Below are positions 30,370 through 40,047 of a DNA stretch of 64,000 nucleotides, one piece after another. Source of the stretch: an uncultured Pseudomonadota bacterium (GTDB lineage Bacteria; Oederibacteriota; Muellerivitia; Muellerivitales; Muellerivitaceae); NCBI GenBank assembly GCA_963836235.1, contig CAWIIP010000002.1, positions 1,632,001 through 1,696,000 on the forward strand. The letters are read 5' to 3'. The position numbers and the translations under genes were made by a program. The notes under the pieces are model-generated. The model saw only the letters and a list, made by a program, of their open reading frames with translations. It was not told where the DNA came from and ran no database searches. Each line of letters opens with the position of its first letter. The first letter of the stretch is position 1.

Positions 30370-31515
30370 TTAAAAGGTAAATCCGAACCTGAATTCGGGA
30401 AGGATATAAGGAAAGGGAACTGTCGTTGTCGTCGGCACGAACGAAGTCGTGTAACCCGAGCCGTTGTATTGAATAACCTCCGTCGCATTATGGACGAAGA
30501 TGACCGCCACCCCCAGCTTCCAGCCCAACTCCATCGTGAAGCCATCCATGGGAAGGGTCCGGAACCCGAATAGGTAACCCAACCCCAGGACGTCGAAATC
30601 GGTATTCTGGTATCCGTCGGCTAACGAGCCTTGGTGCAACCCGAAATAAATAAAACTGAATCCCTGGTAGGTGGTCAGCCCGCTGGGAGCTGAATAAAAC
30701 TTGATCCGGGGTTCCAAATAAATCAAGTCCCCCGGGATGGAGACGGGTTGACTGATGTAATAATTCCCGTTCACGAGGGACTCCTCATAATCGGTAGTGG
30801 GTAAAGGAACGTAGAAAAAAGCCAAACCGAGGTTCGTGGTCGGGTCGAGAAAAACTCCCAAATCCAGGTTGGCGAATGTCGGGGTCAGGATGCCGAAATC
30901 CAAAGTGAAATGCGGGGATAAATAATCGCTTTGGGGAGCGCCGTATTTGGCGATGAATTGTTCATCGCCCGCGAGCGTCTGGTTTTCGCTCTCCAGTTTC
31001 AGCCCTTCCCGGCTTCGCTCCTCCATGAGCTTGGCTGCGTAAAAATCGGTTAGTAGGGAATGGTCCTGGGGGTTCATCTTCTCGGCCTGGACCTTCGACT
31101 GGGCGTCCTCCAGCGCCCTGGAATAGAGGCTGGAGGAAGGGGGTGGGTTATTTAACGTCGAGCTGGAATTCAAGACCGGGACAGGAGGCGCGCCTCCTAA
31201 CTTACTCCTCAAAGATTCCGCGAAAGACTTCAGCTTGGGGTTGTCGGGATGGATCGCCAGGCTTTGGTCAAAGGCCGTAAGGGCGGCCTGGAGCTTGTCT
31301 TGATGGTAAAGGCAATTGCCCAGCACTTGATAGGCCCGCCAATTTTGGGGGTCGGCCTGGACGGCCGCCGTCAGGTTTTGCACCCCCTCGTCTAACCGGT
31401 TGTTTTAGTAGGAAGATGAGCCCGCGTCGTAATATTCCTGGGAGGTCATGGCCGAAGCGGTGGAGGTAATGCCAAGGGAAAGACCTAGCCAAAAGAGAAT
31501 TGCCGGGTTACGCAT
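30370..31515 (-). pseudogene. Signal peptide + TPR + C-terminal beta-barrel protein with an in-frame TAA at codon 37
   Basis: MRNPAILFWLGLSLGITSTASA-MTSQEYYDAGSSSY*NNRLDEGVQNL continues in frame into the TPR (stop at 31405-31407); ends FRFGFTF. Confidence 0.75.
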
Positions 31516-31556
31516 ATGGGTCCGTTTGACGAATAAGTAGTATTAAAATAGCTGAA

Positions 31557-32596
31557 TTCAACCAGTAAGTGCAACACCTAGACGAAAGACCTGCTCCGGC
31601 GTTTTGAAGCGAAGGCACTTGCGTGGACGGCTGTTGAGAGCCCGCTCCACACGTCGCACGTTCGCTGGAGTTATGGTAGCAAAATCGGTTTTCTTTGGAT
31701 AGAAGCGCCGCACCAAACCATTAGTGTTTTCGACGGTTCCCTTTTCCCAACTGTGGAAAGGAAGACAGAAAAAGGAACGGGTTCCTAAGAGATTGTTAAC
31801 TTGAAGATGCTCGATGTTTTCAGAGCCGTTGTCGTAAGTAATGGTCCGGCGTAACCCCTTCGGAAAGAGGGTGAGCCGTCGATTGATAGCTGCTCGTGTT
31901 TTCGAAGCGGACTTTTGAGGCAACCAGGCGAGTTTCACGAGGCGGCTTTTTCGTTCGACCATCACCAAAAGGGAGGCTTTACTTTTTCTGGAGATGATGG
32001 TGTCCGCTTCCCAGTGACCAAATTGACGCCGCGTCTGCACGATGGCGGGTCGTTGAGTGATCGGAGTTCGTTCTGGAATATGGCTTTTTCGATGTTTGTG
32101 CGAATGCCATCGGCGAAGCCGCTTTCGATGGGAACGAGCCAAGAGAGGGATGAGGTTTCGGGCTTCGGAATAAATGAACTGGTAGACGGCCTCGTGGGAA
32201 ATGAATAGTTTGGAGTTCTCAAGGCGAAGCTGACCAGCAATTTGTTCGGGAGAAAACCCCTGATGAAGCTTACGCAAAACATGTTGTCGGATCCCTGGTT
32301 TTTTGAGACGCAGATGGGTCCGAGAGAGTTGGTTACGCTGGGTAGATCGCAGGTGAGCCCGAGCTGGTAGATAACGGCCAGGACGTAAAGGTGGTGCGTT
32401 ACGCTTCAACTCTCGGGAAACACTGGACACATCACGTTCGAGGCGTCGGGCGATTTCTCGTATGGAGAGGCCTTCTGCCTTCCAAACTGCGATTTCTTCA
32501 CGTTCGGCCAACGACAGGTGCTTGTAGGATTGTTTCATAAAACTTAGGATAACCCCCGGATTCTGCCGGGGCTAAGTGTTGCACTTCGCTATTGAA
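31557..32596 (-). mobile_element. IS30-family insertion sequence
   Basis: Imperfect 25-bp terminal inverted repeats ttcaaccagtaagtgcaacacctag / ctaagtgttgcacttcgctattgaa flank the transposase. Confidence 0.88.
31558..32538 (-). CDS. IS30-family transposase
   Basis: YKHLSLAER HTH, SPEQIAG, ISHEAVYQFIY, GHWEADT, TYDNGSE, EKGTVENTNGLVR. Confidence 0.95.
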   Translation of the reverse strand: MKQSYKHLSLAEREEIAVWKAEGLSIREIARRLERDVSSVSRELKRNAPPLRPGRYLPARAHLRSTQRNQLSRTHLRLKKPGIRQHVLRKLHQGFSPEQIAGQLRLENSKLFISHEAVYQFIYSEARNLIPLLARSHRKRLRRWHSHKHRKSHIPERTPITQRPAIVQTRRQFGHWEADTIISRKSKASLLVMVERKSRLVKLAWLPQKSASKTRAAINRRLTLFPKGLRRTITYDNGSENIEHLQVNNLLGTRSFFCLPFHSWEKGTVENTNGLVRRFYPKKTDFATITPANVRRVERALNSRPRKCLRFKTPEQVFRLGVALTG

Positions 32597-32856
32597 CTGG
32601 GGATAATTAAATCGCCTTAAGTATAGCACTTAGCGATTTGGGGCGAATTGAAAACAAAAAAGACATTTAGACTCAATGGTTCGACTTTTTCACTTATTGA
32701 TCGGTTTGAGAAAAAAGATAGGTTGGACTTCCCGCGATTCAGTGAGTATCTTAATTTTTTTGAGAGACCAAGAGATTTCCGCTGCTTTTTGTTTTCAGCT
32801 TATGGAATCCTTTAATTTCATTAGCAAGAAGCTTTTGAAAGCCGTTTATTGAGCTT

Positions 32857-34011
32857 TTATTTCAATTCTGGGTGTTCAGTCATAAGGCGGTCCAGATTTT
32901 GCCGGGCCTGAAGATGGGTGGGCAGGATTTGCAGTGTTTCTTCCCAGAACTTTTTCGCGGCGGCGTAATCGCTCTTACGATAGCTTTCCAGGCCCAGGTT
33001 GTAGGCCTGATCGGATTGGGCTTGCGCGTCTGCATCGGAGAGTTTGAGTTTCGTTTTCTTGTGGGAGGGTTGGGCGTCGGTTTTAAGGCGGCTTAAGGCC
33101 GCTGCTGCTTCCTTATTATTCGGGTCCAGATTCAAGGCTTTTTTATACCATTGGACAGCCAGTGGGGTTTCACCGGCTTGATCGGCTTTTTCGGCTTTGG
33201 TCAGGGCGGTTTTGAGCGTGCTTGCGGACCCGTTTTTGCCCTCAATCTGTTCCTTCAGTTCCAGGGCTTCTTCGTCATCAGGATGCTCGTCGAGATAATC
33301 TTCCAATTTGGCGAGAGCTTCTTCCTGATTTCCTTTTTTAAGCGCGGCGTGCACCTGGTCCAACAGGCCGTTGGAAGGCGCATCACTAGGACCTTGGATC
33401 TTTTGGACTAGGGCCTCTACCTGAGGTTGGGAAGGATCCAACTCCTCGGCTTTTTTTAAGAGTTCCAAAGCATGCAGGTTATCACCCTTGCCGTAATTCA
33501 CTACCGCTTGTTCATAGAAGTTTTTCACCATAGCGTTGTAAGGGTGGTCGGGGTTTTCCTGGTAGTCATCCAGGGAGTCAGCCCCCGGGTTTTCTCCTTT
33601 ATTCCCGTTCTGGATGGAGAGGCGGATTGACGCCGGCACCTCCTCGTGATCGGAGTCCAAATAAACCGTGAGGCGGTAGGGGCCTTGAAAGGGCTGGTTC
33701 ACCCCGAATTGGAACTGGGTTTCGGGGCTCAAGCCTCCCTTGGAAATCGTCCGGTTATCCGATTCTTCCTTCAATATCCAACCCAAAGCGGTAGAGTCCG
33801 ATTTCACTTCCACCTTAAAACTCCCGCTCAGGGTTCGGACCAGGATATTTAGCGGACCCCAGGCCGTATCGGATTGGAAACGGTAAAGGCTTTCATCGGT
33901 GGGGGAATGGGTTGCCATAAGTGTTTCGGCCATGGCTTGACGGGAATCGAAAGAAAGTATTAACCCAACCAGGCCTAGCCCTAAAAAGGGGAACAGAAAC
34001 CGGTTCCTCAA
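32857..34011 (-). CDS. Secreted tetratricopeptide-repeat protein
   Basis: Signal peptide; several TPR helices (AEELDP, ALNLDPNN, YNLGLESY...QILPTH). Confidence 0.8.
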   Translation of the reverse strand: MRNRFLFPFLGLGLVGLILSFDSRQAMAETLMATHSPTDESLYRFQSDTAWGPLNILVRTLSGSFKVEVKSDSTALGWILKEESDNRTISKGGLSPETQFQFGVNQPFQGPYRLTVYLDSDHEEVPASIRLSIQNGNKGENPGADSLDDYQENPDHPYNAMVKNFYEQAVVNYGKGDNLHALELLKKAEELDPSQPQVEALVQKIQGPSDAPSNGLLDQVHAALKKGNQEEALAKLEDYLDEHPDDEEALELKEQIEGKNGSASTLKTALTKAEKADQAGETPLAVQWYKKALNLDPNNKEAAAALSRLKTDAQPSHKKTKLKLSDADAQAQSDQAYNLGLESYRKSDYAAAKKFWEETLQILPTHLQARQNLDRLMTEHPELK

Positions 34012-35225
34012 AATTCCACACCTGTTCTTACAAAATAGGCAAGTTGGTTGTAGGAAACCGACCTGAGCCCTATTCCGGGACCGTCGGTTTCATTGCCGGG
34101 GCCAAAGGCTCCTGTGAAAGGAACGGCCACTGAACCGGGTACCAACCTTCCAAAAGTAAAATCATCCTGGTTGTTCGTCACATGGAATTCAATAAAGAGG
34201 ACCCGAAGCCTCGCGCGAATCTTGGCATACCAGCTGTTTTGGGGGGCCTGAGACAAATATGGATCAAAATTATTGCCGCCGGTAAAGGGATTATCCAAAG
34301 AGTGTTCCAATGGAAACTGACCTTCCAGGGCGACCTGGTCTATGGAGAAATCACCCCATGTACCAATACGGGACATCTGAAAGCCCAGCGATAAAACCCC
34401 GGTTTCGGAAGGCAATGAAGCGTTTTGGGAGCCGAACTCGGCGGTGAGGTCGTAATTTTGCTGGTAAGCCAAATCGGCGGAAAGGGAATAGGTTAGTTTG
34501 CCGTTGAGGGAAGAGTCGGTGAAAAAGTTGGTTTGAGTGCCGCCGATGTTCCCCCGGAAAGTAGTCTCGAAATCCTTGGTTTCAATTCTACAGCGCAGTT
34601 GGGAGAGCCAAAAGGCCTGGGTGGAATCATATTGGACATCTTCGGCTGAAAAGAGGCTGGGGGTATAGAAAAAGGTCAGGGCCAAGGGGGAGGAATTATG
34701 AGTTTCCACCGCTTTGGATTCGCCGACGTTGAAAAAGAAGGAAAAGGGGAGGGTCACCATGACGCCATCCACCCGGTGGATGCCCATGATGGGATAGCCT
34801 CCGAAAAAAAGATTGGGAGTGAGGGTTTGGAAGAGGTCGAACCGGCCTGCCGAAACCTGCAACCAGGGCTGTAGATAGGAAAGCCGCGCCAGGCGCAATT
34901 GAAAGTCCGTCACATCGTCGGAGGTGGAAAGGTCTTTTTCGACCCGCAATAAGGCATCGGCGGTGACGGCGTTTTCGTCCAGTTGCCGCTTGGCGGAGAT
35001 ATCCAGCACGGAAAAGGCCTGTCCTTGGATATCGGCGTCCTGCTCGAAGTCCGCTTGAAGTGTCAGCTTGATTTGCCGGTCGCTTTCATCAACCGGCGGG
35101 GGCGCCACCCATTTGTTTTCCTGGGAATCGGATGAAAAAAAAGTGGTGTCCTCCGCGGCGCAGATGGAACAGGGGGGAAAGCCAAGGCTTGAAAGTATGG
35201 TGAAAAAAAGGAAAAGGTTTTTCAT
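34008..35225 (-). CDS. Hypothetical secreted protein, probably an outer-membrane beta-barrel
   Basis: Signal peptide, alternating amphipathic strands, terminal TGVEF; 4-bp overlap with the TPR gene. Confidence 0.6.
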   Translation of the reverse strand: MKNLFLFFTILSSLGFPPCSICAAEDTTFFSSDSQENKWVAPPPVDESDRQIKLTLQADFEQDADIQGQAFSVLDISAKRQLDENAVTADALLRVEKDLSTSDDVTDFQLRLARLSYLQPWLQVSAGRFDLFQTLTPNLFFGGYPIMGIHRVDGVMVTLPFSFFFNVGESKAVETHNSSPLALTFFYTPSLFSAEDVQYDSTQAFWLSQLRCRIETKDFETTFRGNIGGTQTNFFTDSSLNGKLTYSLSADLAYQQNYDLTAEFGSQNASLPSETGVLSLGFQMSRIGTWGDFSIDQVALEGQFPLEHSLDNPFTGGNNFDPYLSQAPQNSWYAKIRARLRVLFIEFHVTNNQDDFTFGRLVPGSVAVPFTGAFGPGNETDGPGIGLRSVSYNQLAYFVRTGVEF

Positions 35226-35429
35226 TCAGAAAACTCCATGGAAAAGCACAGATATGGTCTTAAGAACAGGTCAGTTTTATTGCACCATAACCCAGGTATT
35301 TTATTTTTTTTAGTTCAATAAGTGTTGAATAATTTAGACGAAAAAAATACAATCACTTCTTACAAAAAACAAGTGAAACCTTAAAAATCACCATACGGGG
35401 AATTGGTTCGATTTGAGCGGAGTCGATTT

Positions 35430-36503
35430 ATGAAGAATAAAATAGGTTTTATCTCAATCCTGGCCATCCTGGCTACGGTCCTTTTGGCCGGACTTTCTAG
35501 CTGCAAAAAGACCGAATCGCCCCTTGGGGTTGACGCCCCTTATGGGTTGGACCGGCCTACTTATACGCCAACACCTCAAATTGGTGCCATTGAGGTTTAT
35601 GTATTGGATACAAATGTTGCAATTAAAGGCGTGAGTATCTACCTGTTAGAACCTTCCGGGAATACTTTTACTTCTGAGATAACCCAACCCGGCGTGGGTT
35701 ATGCTGCTTTCAACCCACCTGAACTTACGAGTGGGGTTTGGACAGCCGATATTCCAGCCCAAAGTATTAGCTATGTTACGGCTGGGCCTGTAACAACTAA
35801 ACACACTTATGGTTATAGCGTATTGCCTATAACCGTTACGGGTGGAGGGCAATATGCGGTCTCTTTCACCACTGGGGAAAATACTGTCCAGGTTTCCCCA
35901 ATAAGCCAAGGTTATCAATATGGTATCCCATCAAATATTCCTGTAACAGTTTCTTACTATGAGAATGGTAATTTAGACGTTCCTGTTAGCGTCTCTCTGG
36001 CCATGAATCCAGGGGTTAGCGGGATCAACTTCTTGACCCCAGCTAGTTGGGTGCTCGGTGATGAAAATTTGGTCGCCTACGATACCATCGGAAAAAACTC
36101 TTGTTATTACAATCCCATCACTCTAACGCTTTCCGCTAATGATTTTTCTGGCAATCCTGTATCGATAACAAATGGAGTTATCACCAAAGGGTTTTCGAGC
36201 GCCGTCACTCTTTATATACAAAAGACTCACGTTTCAAGCGCAGAAAATCTCCAAGTCATGATTGGTTCTGACAACGATTGCGGTCAGTCCTTGTATCCCG
36301 TTGCTTGGAATTGGTCTGGGACTAACGAAACCGGAGCGGTTTTAGCAAACGGCGGGGTGCTTACGAAGGTAGACGGTGGCATCAATTATACAGTTACCGT
36401 TACAGTTACGTTACCCAACGGGTCTCAAATTTCATCGGGTTCCTTCCAAATTGCAAATATATCTTGGGACACTTGGCAGAATTACGGAGCGGGCAGCTGG
36501 TAA
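35430..36503 (+). CDS. Hypothetical lipoprotein (beta-rich, Ig-like)
   Basis: Lipobox LSSC; PTYTPTP linker. Confidence 0.7.
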   Translation: MKNKIGFISILAILATVLLAGLSSCKKTESPLGVDAPYGLDRPTYTPTPQIGAIEVYVLDTNVAIKGVSIYLLEPSGNTFTSEITQPGVGYAAFNPPELTSGVWTADIPAQSISYVTAGPVTTKHTYGYSVLPITVTGGGQYAVSFTTGENTVQVSPISQGYQYGIPSNIPVTVSYYENGNLDVPVSVSLAMNPGVSGINFLTPASWVLGDENLVAYDTIGKNSCYYNPITLTLSANDFSGNPVSITNGVITKGFSSAVTLYIQKTHVSSAENLQVMIGSDNDCGQSLYPVAWNWSGTNETGAVLANGGVLTKVDGGINYTVTVTVTLPNGSQISSGSFQIANISWDTWQNYGAGSW

Positions 36504-36527
36504 TTAATTTTATCAAGGGAGAAGAAA

Positions 36528-37271
36528 ATGAATTTACTTCGGATTTTTTCTATTGTTTCTTTAATTTTTTTGGTGGGTTGCACAGGCAAAACGGGTCCAG
36601 CGGGTCCAGCGGGAATCTCTGCCGCCAACACCATTCAAGTTGCTTTTCAGAATGGGGCTTACCCCAACACCAGCTATTCCGGAGAGCTAGATACTTGGCT
36701 TGTTGGCGGGAGCGGATCACCTACAACCGCTTCACCTTACTTAGAAGTCAACACGGGAGCAACCTATTCTAATTACGGGCGGGTTATTTTGAGGTTTGAT
36801 GTAACCAGCCTTCCGGTAAACGCTCAAATAGTAACAGCAGAAGTTTTGTTGAGGTTAAATCCTGCCAGTACCATTGGTTCAAATCCAGTCACGGTCGGCC
36901 TTCATAATTTTGCTTCTGACACAAATCCTGGGTGTCATTGGAATATTAACGCAACTTGGCTTGGATACATAGGGAGTAGTGGATGGAATTCATGTACCGG
37001 AGACTCTTCGCCACAGCAAGAAGGCTATATCAATCCCACCACTATCAGCATCGTTGTTTTTTCATCTTCGGTAAATGGCACGTCGGGCATTTATAAATGG
37101 AGCATCGATCCTTCAGTTGTCCAATCGTGGTTAACGTCCTCCTCAAACAACAATGGATTGATCCTCAAGAGCGAGGGGGAATTTGGAGAAACAGCTTCCA
37201 GCGTGGATTTTTATCCATACAACGACGCCACCGCCTCCAACCATGCGGCTTTAATGGTTAGCTACTATTGA
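36528..37271 (+). CDS. Lipoprotein with short collagen-like triplets and a DNRLRE/CBM96-like domain
   Basis: Lipobox LVGC; GKTGPAGPAG; RVILRFDVTSLP, VVQSWL...NNGLILK. Confidence 0.7.
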   Translation: MNLLRIFSIVSLIFLVGCTGKTGPAGPAGISAANTIQVAFQNGAYPNTSYSGELDTWLVGGSGSPTTASPYLEVNTGATYSNYGRVILRFDVTSLPVNAQIVTAEVLLRLNPASTIGSNPVTVGLHNFASDTNPGCHWNINATWLGYIGSSGWNSCTGDSSPQQEGYINPTTISIVVFSSSVNGTSGIYKWSIDPSVVQSWLTSSSNNNGLILKSEGEFGETASSVDFYPYNDATASNHAALMVSYY

Positions 37272-37349
37272 TAATTAATCCGGGGAAAGCAGAAATGAAT
37301 CATTTTAAATGCGATTGTGGGATGAATGAAATTTGTTAAGGGTGGACTC

Positions 37350-38468
37350 ATGCTTAAGACGTTCACTATCTGGTGTTTCACATTAATATTTGTCGTTTCG
37401 CTGGGTTGCTCAAAAAAAAATAATCCAGCTTCGCCAAATGCCAATCCCCAATCCACTCCAAGCTGGCAATTGGTTGGAAATACTACTTTCAGTACATTTA
37501 ATTATATTCCTGTTTCACTCGAGGTAAATAACGGCATTCCCTATTTAGCATACCAAGATGGATACGGTAAGGCCGTAGTCGTCGACTATGCCAATAATGC
37601 CTGGGCGACCCTTGGAAATTCCGAATTGCCGACTAATACCGGCTACGCTCCCCAATTATTTTTTTCGAATGGCACTCCCTATGTCACCCTTGATGATGCC
37701 ACCGTGGGGCCTTGGTATTCTTTGCTTGGTTTTAACGGAGGTTCATGGGTTACGGTGGGGAATCCGAATTTTTATGTTTCACCCGTTCCGGGAAATGATA
37801 CATATTCATTCGTCATGAATAACAATACTCCTTATGTTGTAATTCAAGATGCGTCCCAAAGTTATAAGGCGACTCTGTACCAATTTAATGGTTCAAGTTG
37901 GTCGGTTTTGGGAGGGGCTGGGTTTAGCCCCGTGACTATCAATTCCGTTTCCCTTGCATTCTCCGGCTCGACCCCTTATGTCGCCTTTTCCGATTTTAAT
38001 AATGCCTTCAGGCCGTCGGTCATGAGTTATAACGGGAGCAGCTGGTCTTACGTCGGTACACCTGATTTTATTTCCAGCGCCGCCACTCCGATTGTCGCCG
38101 CTTATGGCGGCTATCCCTACGTGGCTTTTGCCGACGGCGGTTATGGTGGGAAAGCATCGGTCATGTTTTATAACGGTCTTGTATGGGTTTATTTAGGGAC
38201 ACCTGGCTTCACCAGCGGCCCCGCTGGCGCGTTATCTTTCTATATCTACAACGGGACGCCCTATATCGCTTATTCCGACGGATCGAATTCTAATATTGTT
38301 ACCGTCATGGCGTTTTTGAACCAAACTTGGCAAAAAATTGGGACGCCTCCCGCTTTCACCGCTACGACAGGAGTAGATAGCACCTCACTTTTTGTTTACA
38401 ACGGGACACCTTATGTGGCGTACCACAATCATCAATCCGCTACCGCTTCGGTTTTGGTTTATCAATGA
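37350..38468 (+). CDS. Lipoprotein with internal repeats (probable beta-propeller)
   Basis: Lipobox SLGC; repeated W..(L/V)G..(G/D)F...TPYVA(F/Y)xD...SVMxYNG units. Confidence 0.72.
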   Translation: MLKTFTIWCFTLIFVVSLGCSKKNNPASPNANPQSTPSWQLVGNTTFSTFNYIPVSLEVNNGIPYLAYQDGYGKAVVVDYANNAWATLGNSELPTNTGYAPQLFFSNGTPYVTLDDATVGPWYSLLGFNGGSWVTVGNPNFYVSPVPGNDTYSFVMNNNTPYVVIQDASQSYKATLYQFNGSSWSVLGGAGFSPVTINSVSLAFSGSTPYVAFSDFNNAFRPSVMSYNGSSWSYVGTPDFISSAATPIVAAYGGYPYVAFADGGYGGKASVMFYNGLVWVYLGTPGFTSGPAGALSFYIYNGTPYIAYSDGSNSNIVTVMAFLNQTWQKIGTPPAFTATTGVDSTSLFVYNGTPYVAYHNHQSATASVLVYQ

Positions 38469-38786
38469 GGATGGGTAACGCTTAGCAGACCGAATCACAA
38501 ATCCGTTCTGAGTTTGTTTAGCTGGGCTGGGATTGATGAAAAGGGCTCGAACTTCCCCAATTGGATATCACCTTATTATTTTAGGTGACTATCCCTTTAT
38601 GACAAGTAACACGGGATATTGAATTTTTAGACCAGTTTTCATACTTGTAATAGTATCAGAAGGTCTTCGTTGTCAAGCGTGGACATACCCTTATACCCTT
38701 ATGCTACAATAGCCGTAGAGACAAACGGGATGGCTAACCAAGTAAACATTTTTAAAAACCAACCGTTAGGAGTTGTGGGGGAGTGA

Positions 38787-39062
38787 ATGGTACAACGAAA
38801 AACAAAAGTTAAAGTTCCACAACCCGATGGATCGTTGAAAGAAATAGACGGAATCGATGTTCCTGTCACTAAGTCCACGGAATACTGGAGTGAATTCGAG
38901 CTTGAAGATGGAACTGTTTTGCGTGTTAAGGTAAGTGTTTTAGGAGCGATACGAATACCGGGCCAATACGATCCCGAAGGCAATCCTTTTTACTTGCTTA
39001 AAAATGCGCAAGTAACCAATATCGTCAAATCCGCTCCTGATTTGAAAAGACCGGAGGAATAA
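38787..39062 (+). CDS. Small hypothetical beta-rich protein (cassette gene 1)
   Basis: RBS GGGGAG; WSEFELEDGTVLRVK...YDPEGNPFY. Confidence 0.75.
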   Translation: MVQRKTKVKVPQPDGSLKEIDGIDVPVTKSTEYWSEFELEDGTVLRVKVSVLGAIRIPGQYDPEGNPFYLLKNAQVTNIVKSAPDLKRPEE

Positions 39063-39063
39063 A

Positions 39064-39528
39064 ATGGCTGAGATTAAGATTCAAGAAAAATTTAACCCTT
39101 ACTTAGGAATGGCGTATGAAAACACTACGAATGCTTTTAATTACGTGGTGGTTTCAAATCTTCTTTCGGTTAATTGGGAAAGTAGCTCAAAATTCAATAA
39201 TATGAAGAATGAGATAAATGTTATCGATGAAACTAAAAATCAATTTTTAAATCTATTAGCAAAGTGGGAACAAGAAAGAGCTTTTATGTCCAATCCCACC
39301 GATGTTTTTTCGTGTCCGGCCTATAAAAAAATCGTGGATGGATTGGGTGAAGACGCATTGCCTTACATTCGTGAGATATTAGAAAACGATAAAAAACAAT
39401 CTTCTTTTTGGTTCAAAGCACTTAAAAAAATAACTGGTCGAAATGATGTCATTGACCCTTCTCATTATGGCAATGACGACCAAATGGCCAATGATTGGCT
39501 TCGTTTTTTAAAAGATGCGAAAGTTTAA
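39064..39528 (+). CDS. Hypothetical helical protein (cassette gene 2)
   Basis: RBS GGAGG; F..L..KW..E...S.....PAY..I..LG..ALP.I...L......WF.AL..ITG pattern. Confidence 0.75.
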   Translation: MAEIKIQEKFNPYLGMAYENTTNAFNYVVVSNLLSVNWESSSKFNNMKNEINVIDETKNQFLNLLAKWEQERAFMSNPTDVFSCPAYKKIVDGLGEDALPYIREILENDKKQSSFWFKALKKITGRNDVIDPSHYGNDDQMANDWLRFLKDAKV

Positions 39529-39988
39529 GTATAACCCGGACCTCTTTCAAAATTTAAACGACAAAAATCATAGGTGGAACAGCGAAGAATCCACTGCCTA
39601 CAACTGTGTCGGATATGCGCTTGGGTTTACGGACAAAAAAATCTGGATGCGTCCTCCTGACGAAGGATTTGAGTGGCCCTTTCCTTTGCCGGAGAATGAA
39701 GATGAGTGGGACGATTTAAATCATTTCATTGATTGTTTTGAACGGCAAAATGGTTATCAAATCTGTGAAAATGGAGATTTGGAACCCAGAATAGAAAAAA
39801 TAGCCTTATATGGGGTCGAAAGAGAAAACAGAAAAATTGTGAGGCATGCCGCAATTCAACGACCTAACGGAGAATGGGCAAGTAAGATGGGATGGAAAGA
39901 AGAAGACATTGTTCATTCCACGTCACATGATGTTACTGGATTGAGTTATGGTATTGTTCTTCAATTCATGAAGCGAGAACGCCGATGA
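39515..39988 (+). CDS. DUF7689-like putative Cys/His papain-fold enzyme (cassette gene 3)
   Basis: YNCVGYALG, KIALY, HAAIQ...GEWASKMG...DIVH...YG; 14-bp overlap with gene 2. Confidence 0.7.
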   Translation: MRKFKYNPDLFQNLNDKNHRWNSEESTAYNCVGYALGFTDKKIWMRPPDEGFEWPFPLPENEDEWDDLNHFIDCFERQNGYQICENGDLEPRIEKIALYGVERENRKIVRHAAIQRPNGEWASKMGWKEEDIVHSTSHDVTGLSYGIVLQFMKRERR

Positions 39989-40047
39989 CTGTTTCCAAGG
40001 GACAATTTCTTAAGCTCATTAAACAGGCCTCCCAGCCAGTTTCATAA
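39985..40047 (+). CDS. Putative 20-aa micro-ORF MTVSKGQFLKLIKQASQPVS
   Basis: ATGA overlap with the gene 3 stop; antisense to the 3' end of the IS1595 transposase. Confidence 0.4.
   Translation: MTVSKGQFLKLIKQASQPVS

Noticed and set aside
31405-31407. Stop-codon recoding suggested by in-frame stops (TAA here, TAG at 40373)
   Set aside because: TAA and TAG end many genes in this window, and both cases lie in IS-associated decaying genes.
38584-38690. Possible IS1595 terminal repeat (ggtgactatccctttatgacaa / ttgtcaagcgtggacataccc)
   Set aside because: Similarity is weak and the transposase-side end is deleted, so the element boundary cannot be fixed.
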